Positions 22,532-64,000 of a DNA stretch of 64,000 bases are shown in pieces. Made by a program: the position numbers and the translations under genes. The stretch is from NCBI GenBank assembly GCA_051362555.1, contig CM120645.1, positions 2,976,001 to 3,040,000 of the forward strand. The letters run 5' to 3'. The stretch is from Lingula anatina. Lineage: Eukaryota > Animalia > Brachiopoda. The notes under the pieces are model-generated. The model saw only the letters and a program-made list of their open reading frames with translations. It was not told the DNA's origin and made no database searches. The number at the start of each line of letters is the position of its first letter. Position 1 is the first letter of the stretch.

Positions 22532-24183
22532 ACGTTAATATAACCGATCTATACACTAATTTCCAATGATAACGTATACATTTCAAATGATGTCTTTTTT
22601 ACCTCTTCTAATAAAATGGACAGGAAATATCGAACGTTTCAAACGTTTATGAAAGGTATTTTTATTTCCTTTCATCGTCTGTACGATCACAGCTAGGAAA
22701 ATAAGCTTTGCAGAAGTGTTGTCAACAACAAAATGCATAGATTTCTGCAGACAAGAAAAAAAAGTAATTTTGTTATTGAATATCTGAAGTTAATTGATTC
22801 AGCAAGAGGTTCAAATGAATACTGTCGAAAATGTGTCTTAGAAAAACAAAGTTTTCAAAAGAAAGATAATAGCACCTAAATTATAATTTTCAGTAAACGA
22901 TTCATATCCTGAAGTAACAAAAAATCCTTCTTACGAATCTGTGTTGAATTTTACTCTTTTAATCAAACAACTTAGTTTCAATCAATATTTACTAACACCG
23001 CCTGGTAACTAATATATAGGTACTTGACGAATTTCATCGCTTTTAAGGGCATACTAAAGGAAAAACAAGTAGCTTTCCCCATTCAACTCAAAACAATATA
23101 CCATGATTTTAGAAAAACAATTTATTTACATTCAAGTAAAATAATTATAACAATTTATTTACAGACAAACAAACTTAACAATATTGACAATACGATGTTG
23201 GCATTAATCAAACACAATAATCTTGTTCTAGATTAATTACTGCCTCCGTAATTAAGCTTAACAATATTGACAAAATGATGTTGGCATTAATCAAACACAA
23301 GATTATTTTCTGACGTTATAATTCAGTAAACAAACAGCTGTTAATCAGCAATATACTGTAATGTACAAAATAGGTTTAATATAGGTCTTATCTTTGAAAG
23401 TGAATAGTCACTAGCGCATCCAGATTGCGCATCTGGCACAAGAGTATATCTTCACAATTTTCACGACATTTTAGCACATTTGAAACAGTTGACTCGAAAT
23501 CCGCTAGATCTTGTCTCCTATATTCTTAGTTATATTCTTAGTTATCCCAGGAAGAAGGAACAAGGAAGAACATACAAGCCCGCCGTGAAGCAGCTTAGAT
23601 CTGCCGATGACTAGAGACTAGAGTAATATAATATATAGAGTAATATATAATAAATTAATCATCGTCACAAATATTGCTCTGAACCAATTCCTCATACGCA
23701 GTCCTGCAGAATAATTGTTTGCTGAACCCTTGGTGTTATAAGGGTAGTGAGTGAAACGGCACGTTGGCTATTCGTTCATCTTTCTCGGAGGAAACGCGTT
23801 GGACCGGGGATAGCATCATATTTCTTACACCCGCTGTAGTACATCTTCACTTCTGGAAGTAAAAGAAAGAACAATGTACATGAGATTTACCGTGTTACGA
23901 GGTATCCAAGGCCAAGTACAACTGACACGTCCCTTTACCTTTAATGTAACTGTTTTACTTGAGATGTTAAGAATCAACTTTGAATAAACAGCAGTGAGAC
24001 TGCATTTTTGTTCGACTTGAATTCAAATCAAGAGCACAGATTAGGACATCGAATGCCACACGATACATCTCAGATGAATATCTGCATGATACTTACATTC
24101 CATTGTGTCTAAGGGAGCTTCTTGTCACAGTCTGGCGCCAAGTGGGTCGGTAGCGAGATGCCCCCGGTGACGTAAAAAAGAGA

Positions 24184-26448
24184 TCATAACTCGTTGATGT
24201 TCGTGGTCTTACGGCTGACGGAGCAAGTCGTAAACTTGTCCACAACGTTGTCTGTGATGTTGATGTTCAGATTGCTTACTTTCTTCTCCATGACTGACGC
24301 TTGGGAATGGTTAGGATAGATGGTATTATCTGTAGAAGAAATGTTAAACACCTCTCGTTAATCGTTTATATATAGAAACGGACTTGGATACATTTTATAG
24401 CAATATTAACCAAACACTACACTAGCGTGCAGTTTGATTTGCTATGTACACTGTACTTAAGCCGCTGTGAGTTGACACTGGTTTTTGCAAAATATTTACT
24501 GAAATGGATATGTGTTTTTAGAACTGTGCGTTTTCTTACCTATTTTTTTATATTCCATGTAAGGTTGATCCAGGTTTGTGTTCTTGATAGGTGCTTTCTT
24601 TGTTACAGATCCACGGAATTTGCCTTTAGCTTTGCTCAGCATCTTCTTGGCTTTCCCCAGAAAAGAACCTGATAATAAATTGAAACATGTAAATTATTTA
24701 CAACAACTAGCAAATTAACGCAAAAATTGATACCATCACAACGTCGCTCCGGAACATAATGCCACAACTAACACACTACAACTAGCCACTATGAGATTGT
24801 CAACACGATTGTCTACAAACTGGAAAGCGGGTTTAAGTCAAATCGCGACAGAGACATACATAAGGTATATTGCAAATTTAAGCGTTAAATCTTACCTTCA
24901 CCTTTCTTCTTGTCATCTTTCACATCAGAGACATTTTGACATGGTAATGCAGTCGACCTGCTAATCACCTGAAACAAACAAAAATCACGACTCAAGAAGT
25001 TTTCGCTTTAACTGCCATTGTGCGTTTGTCAAATATCAGAATAAACACGCTATGTTTTACAAAATATGCCACAATTGTCCATCGTTTGCTTAAGTATATA
25101 CCATAGTGTAATTTTGTCCATGCGATTGTCCAGGATTCATTGTTTTGCTTTTGGCATTATATAGACTTAGAGCAACTAGATGTTAGCGAGTAGACGAAGA
25201 AATCTTTTCGTAATTTTGATATCAAAAAACACCCTACTCACCATGTTAACTGTGTCGCCGCACTCCTTCAGTACTTGGATAGCTGTAGACTGGTCAACGC
25301 CGTCGAAGGAATGACCATTCACACTCAACACGCGGTCATTCAATCTAGCAGAAAGAGAAAGGGGTGGATTAATAAATTAACAAAATAAATAAGTTCACTG
25401 ATTTCTGATTTCACTATTTTTATAAGAAAGAACATACAAATGCCTGCTGGTTAATGACTTGCTTACATAATGAAAATACTTGAGAAAACAGTGCGTAATA
25501 GTACTTTGAGCAGATTTTAACTAAAATTTGTACAAAAACGCGAACATGAGAATGTTGTTACTTACTGTAACTTTCCCTCAGCTGGTCCAATCTTGATGAC
25601 GTCAGAGACAACAATGGACGTAGTAGCATTACAAGAACTGTCAACAACGACACTCACTGCTATACCAAAACCCACCACTGGAACCTAGACAAACGAAATG
25701 GATTTTCTTAATATTTTCCCTTTTAATCATTGAGGGAAAAGTGACGTTGATAATAAATTAATGTCATCAATATTTCGTCACTGGTCACTCCGATTTCTGG
25801 TCCCCTGGACGAAGGCACCCATAGCGATGCGAAATTTAAACAGGTAATTGTCTTTCCTTAAACCGAGTAAAAATCATGGTCATGTTCTCCAAACATCATA
25901 TTCAGGATCAGTTATATATAATGATTATTCCTTGTCAGTTACTCGGTACTACATCAACTCCACTGCGGTCGTGTAATATGTCGTACTATAAACAGGGGAA
26001 AATGTCGCCGCAAAAACTACTTAAAATTTAACTACTTAAATCTATCAGAAATTGCGCCATGTACGATCGGTTACGCGTAAACTTACCTTTCTCAACTGCA
26101 CAAAACGCAACTCGCACACCTCTTCAACCTTGAAAGGAAGGATTCAAATTATTATATTACTTGTACAGAACACTTTATAAAATTAAATTAAACCAAGCAA
26201 TAAACTGAAGGTGAATGCGTTGCTATATCCATTAAATACATTTTTTAATAGTTAAATACATCTTTTAATAGTTAAAATGATGCTTAGTTTTTATTGTTTG
26301 AAAATGTATATAATCAGGTTTGATTTGTTGCTACGTCCTTCGACATATGGACAACATGTAGCTGTCACCACAAAAAAATTCAGGTTAGAGTATCATGTTT
26401 TACCTGCTTCTTAGCTTCTCCAACAACGTTACACATCTTCAACTTCAT
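24184..26448 (-). CDS. Single-PDZ (ZO-1 PDZ1-like) small protein, paralog 3, 218 aa; exons 26404-26448, 26087-26128, 25566-25684, 25242-25344, 24896-24968, 24540-24668, 24184-24329
   Basis: In-frame GT-AG model of 657 nt with no internal stops. Ends ...[16 protein letters not shown]. Confidence 0.88.
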
Positions 26449-26484
26449 CTTTTTCTCCTTGAGTGTATTTCTGTTAATAGTGAA

Positions 26485-26820
26485 CGACAAGACTGCATAC
26501 GAGTATGACAGAATGTGAACTGATTGCAGTGGATTGACCACGCGTGCTATTTATACCTTGATTCTTCCAGATCATGCTTGTTGAGGCACGTGCCGAGACA
26601 GCCAATCAGATAACACTTTACTGGACGACTGAGCGCGTGCCGTGTGAGAACAACCTTAACAACATAATTAGGGCACGCGCAGTAAATCCAGGTAACCTTT
26701 AGAATTTCGTGAAGCCAATAAATAGAGGATAAGCGTACCTGGGAGGGATGATATTATCAGTAATTACCTATTTCACAGTTTGGACGACAATTATGTTGTC
26801 AGTTTAGGCTAAGACCCATT
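26485..26820 (-). promoter_or_regulatory. Promoter of PDZ paralog 3
   Basis: TATAAATA at 26548-26555 (minus). Same motif array, with one arm of the CCAGGTAA/TTACCTGG palindrome deleted. Confidence 0.75.
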
Positions 26821-28249
26821 CACAATTTTCATTAAAAAAAATTTAAACGAAATGTTTATCATTTTTCGAACATTTGCAGAAATACTTTACCTTTTAATTC
26901 TATTTTTTTTCGCATTCCATTGATCTTCATGTGTAATTTTTTGCCTTCTTTTGTCAGCATGTATTTCCTCTTTTTTATTTTTACACGTTAAAAAGGAAGG
27001 TAGTGGACCTTAAGTATTAATCACGATATGGAAAAGTTATGCAATTATAATAATTTTTCAATTTTCATTTGATTTGGTAAAAAATACTTTGCATTTTGGT
27101 TATTTTTTAAGCCGACCGAAGAAAGATTAATTCACAGTGTGCGATTTTAAGAGATAGAAAAACTAAAGACAAGTGACAGAAACCCATCTGGCAATGTCGC
27201 CACATAATTTTTCATTATAAATAATCAATAAAACAATAAAATTTTGAAATTACGGGGGTACTTTTGAAAGGTACTTTTAACTTTGACCTACTATACGACC
27301 CATGAAGCAAGTAAGTGTTATGGGTTTTCGCGTCTTCGTGTTATACGAAATATACTTATACTTGAGAAACAAACATTGGATGTAGAAATTTATAGGCGTC
27401 TGCTCAAAATTTTGTACAGTAAAACAAAACAAAACGTCAAAATTATTTACATGAGTAAATAACAACAAAGTCAACTCTTTGACTGTAACTCACAGATCGT
27501 TAAAAAAAGACCCAAATTATATTGCATAATTACATATATTCACTGCACTCTACTTTTAAAAATGTATAACTTCATAAAACTCATGATCACTTCTTTATAT
27601 AACAGATATATTTAAGGTATTCTAAAAGGGGGGCAAAATGTCAATAGATTTTTGGCTCTTTACTCTTGAATTAGTGCATCTTTTACCACTTAGTCATTTC
27701 TTTGGTGGATGTCTAAATACGGTCTTCCGATTTTGTGACTTGAACATTGTAAACATGTTGCTCATTTAAGTTTACAGTCCCTGACGAAGGCATATGATCT
27801 TAAAGCTTGGATTTTTCTTATTTCCTTTTATTAGTTGATTTATATAGATCCCAAATGAAATAAATTGCATTACGTGATACCCGACTTTAACAATATACTG
27901 CGGTCTTCAGCTGTGTGTAAATGTGTAATATAATGGTTTAGTCTATATGGTGTCCCTCGATATCGCCTCAAACCATTTCCATTTCCGTAAGTGTAAATTT
28001 TGTTTGTAGATTTCGATAAAAAGTATTAATAAATAAATATTGATGGCCGTTAACCACACTAAATGTGCGAAATATTCGTAAGCTGCCAGTAAAAAAGTAT
28101 AACTCTTTGTCCTTGTATTTTCCGGTCAGACCTTAGGACTACTTGGATAAAAAAAAAAACGTTATACGTTATATTCGTCCAAGTTTAAGCTAGGACCCAT
28201 TTCTAGCCTAGGTTTAATGCAACGTTCAGGTACGCAATTAAAAGCTGGT

Positions 28250-28480
28250 GGACTGGGCGCGTGCCGTGATATCAGCCAGAACAATAAGATTAGTTCAAGG
28301 CCAGTGAATCCAGGCATGGACACAGAGTTTGATGGGTATTGTATTTTAATAATTTACCTGGTCAATCAAGTGAAGCCAGGATAACCCTACCAGAGAGAGA
28401 TGATATCACCAGTAATTAACAGTCTTGTAATTTCACAGTTTGGACGGCAATTATGTTGTCAGTTTTTTGCCCTAGACCTA
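28250..28480. repeat. Degenerate orphan copy of the distal promoter module
   Basis: GGACTGGGCGCGTGCCGTG ... TTACCTGGTCAATCAAGTGAAGCCA ... GATGATATCACCAGTAATT ... CACAGTTTGGACGGCAATTATGTTGTCAG. Confidence 0.75.
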
Positions 28481-30098
28481 ATACGCAGTGAAGTCTAGAT
28501 TTAAGAGGCAATATTCACCATTTCCCCCCGACTCACTTGCTGAAATGTTTTATCTTTTAATTAAAAAAAAGATTCGTTACACTTTCATTCACTTTTTTCA
28601 AAAACCACTTTTAATGATAAACATACTGTCCGAAATTAAATCATTTCCGTGTCTTGTGGACAGGCTTATTCTGCTTCTTTTCACTTTTTACAAGTGCAAT
28701 TAAATTCTTTAGCTTAAAAATCTGAACTTGAATAAGCTATATTATATTAATCAATGTCAGTATTCACTTTTATTTTGCTAATAAAATCGCTTGCGTTGCC
28801 TTTCTACTGTTTTCTGTATTTAGTCAAATGTAAGAAGAGTTCGATTCACAGTATGCATATAAGGGGCTAGTTTGTCAATGGATTAAACGTAGATAAGTGC
28901 ACTAGAATACTGTTTATCATTCTGTGTAGGAGGCGCTGCTTAATTCTATTTTTTTTTTTACAAAATAAAAAACAATGACAATTAAAATCTGAATGAGATA
29001 CTTGACAGAAAAATATGTTAAATAAATACAACCAAAAAACAACAGACAGTGGATATAGAAATTCTTTGTTTTAATCTGATTCGCTTTGAAATGAATAATC
29101 AAATAATCTTTCCTGACCATCTGTACAAAACTGTGTACAATCTTGGACATAATGGTGTAATTTTGTTCATGGTACAATGAAACAAGAGTGTTGAATATAC
29201 AAATATAATATCAATGTAGGTACACCCCAGGAGTTCATGTTCATGCTTTACTGTGACTTTCATCACATTAATTGCAGCTTTCCCAATATAAATATCAATT
29301 TTGGTATAAAAAGACAATAACGAGCAACTTAAAAGTCACAATACATACAAGTCAAATACATTTACATATGTACAAATATTCCTCTCTCCTGTTTGCTTTA
29401 TCACTGAATTCAACACTCTGAGTGTAAATCACAGATTTGTTAAAAAAAGACACCAAATAGCCTCTCAGCACAGTGATTTATGAGAAAAATTCACTGTACC
29501 TCAGTTCTCTTCAGTTATCAAACTCAAAAGTGTCTATACTACATATAAGTCATTTTTCAATACAACAGAACTAATTAAAATATTAAAAGGGAATTATAAA
29601 TGTCAGTTGATACTTTTTTGTCTTAATACTATTCTTTCTGTCAGATAATTAGTCTTTTTTGTTAATATTAAAATGTCTTCAGAGATTGTATAAAAAGACA
29701 AAAGACAACACGCCTTGTTCATCAACTTTATATACATGTGTATGATGCAGTTCAATCCCCAGGTGTATAAATGAAAACACCTGGCAATTCCATAATTCAA
29801 GGAAGGACAAAAACCAGCCTCGAAACTAACAACTCACCAATTGGAAGAAATCATAATGTCTACATAGTTATCTACTATCACTCTCAAAAATGGAACTGAA
29901 GGAAAATAGTTTGGCCCAAAAGTCCATCTATAAACAACACTGTAAACTTTTCTAATAAATAATAAAATGAAATAAACAATAAAAATGATAAAATGGAAAA
30001 ATAAAGAAAGAAAGAAACAGGAAATACCAAAACTGTATTAACTTTTTGCAGTCACTTAACGAAAAAAACAAACTTCTTCACAATAGCAAACAATTATG

Positions 30099-30099
<1 letters not shown>

Positions 30100-30131
<32 letters not shown>
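30100..30131. repeat. (CA)n microsatellite
   Basis: Read directly from the sequence. Confidence 0.9.
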
Positions 30132-30137
<6 letters not shown>

Positions 30138-30989
30138 CTGGCATTTACCAACTGAACACAAACAGTACAACCTTAGTAAGACAGATACAGAGGAATACTA
30201 TTAACTTTTAAATATTCTTCTCTTTCCTCATGGTTACTGGTTTCTAGACTGTAATTGCTAGCTCTACTGCACACCTAGACCCTGAGTATATTGGACAGGA
30301 CACAATGGGGGAGCCAGGGAAACTGCAACGTAGTGTTTATCCCCAGGTTATGTAGTCAGTAGCAAATGAATTAGTATTCTATGGAATTGGATGCTTGGAA
30401 TTCCTCTCCCCCCCCCCCATGCTGTGGATACCCCTTCTACAGCAGAAGGAGATGGAGCTAAATCTTTTTAATTTGTCAAACTTTTTTAATTTGCCCCCTT
30501 TATCCAACAGAAAAATAAGCTTGTACCCTTCACCTAAATGAGGAGTATTTGACCACAGAACTGATTGATTGAGTTTATCAGTTAGAAATCCTAGTGTAAT
30601 TACATGTTAAGACCAGTTCAAACACTGCAATACAGATAAATATATCCTATGATTTGACAGAGGGGCCAGAGACAAAACCCTCAGTGCACATCCTTTAGCT
30701 GGTATACTGAATTGGTCATCAACATCTGAATTCGCCACTGCTGGGGAACAAGCACATGGTTGCCAATACTAGTTATTTTCGCAAAGTCTCTGTGCTTTCA
30801 TGTTGCTGCCCATTGTTTGCAAGTGTTATCTTACTGTTGATAACACAACCAACAATACATTTTACCCACATCTCTGTGTGTACTGTAATACTGGCAGCCT
30901 GCAAGAATCTCACTCTACACCTTTATCATCAGCTGAGCTTGTTAAAGTCGCACACAGCATCCAGAGGTTTGGCAGGTCAGTGTTGGTTT

Positions 30990-63997
<33,008 letters not shown>

Positions 63998-64000
63998 CTT

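Noticed and set aside
11273-26448. Three PDZ units as one multi-PDZ gene (true ZO-1) or as an assembly artefact
   Set aside because: Each unit has its own promoter, ATG, stop and poly(A) signal, and there are no SH3/GuK exons. The copies differ by many substitutions, indels and private MITE insertions.

Overview
AT-rich animal genomic DNA, probably a lophotrochozoan such as a mollusc (an inference from gene and repeat style, not proven). All genes I can support are on the minus strand. In order: an intronless RBM15/spenito gene (1094-3454); a ~1.9-kb non-autonomous element with long terminal inverted repeats; a 3-coding-exon C2H2 zinc-finger gene (6208-8336); an ~18-kb tandem array of three intact 7-coding-exon paralogs of a small (218-220 aa) protein made of one ZO-1/TJP1 PDZ1-like domain plus a basic tail, interleaved with five tRNA-Pro genes, with a near-invariant TATA/CCAAT promoter, extra orphan copies of an upstream palindromic module and a shared 3'-UTR intron; and the 3' part of a voltage-gated calcium channel alpha2/delta gene (30990 to the window end). 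The alpha2/delta gene has a U12 AT-AC intron, a 176-codon mucin-like exon, one mutually exclusive exon pair and one duplicated exon pair. The PDZ genes are almost invisible in the ORF track; I assembled them by hand from splice signals and reading-frame continuity. Family assignments rest on recalled motifs, not database searches.
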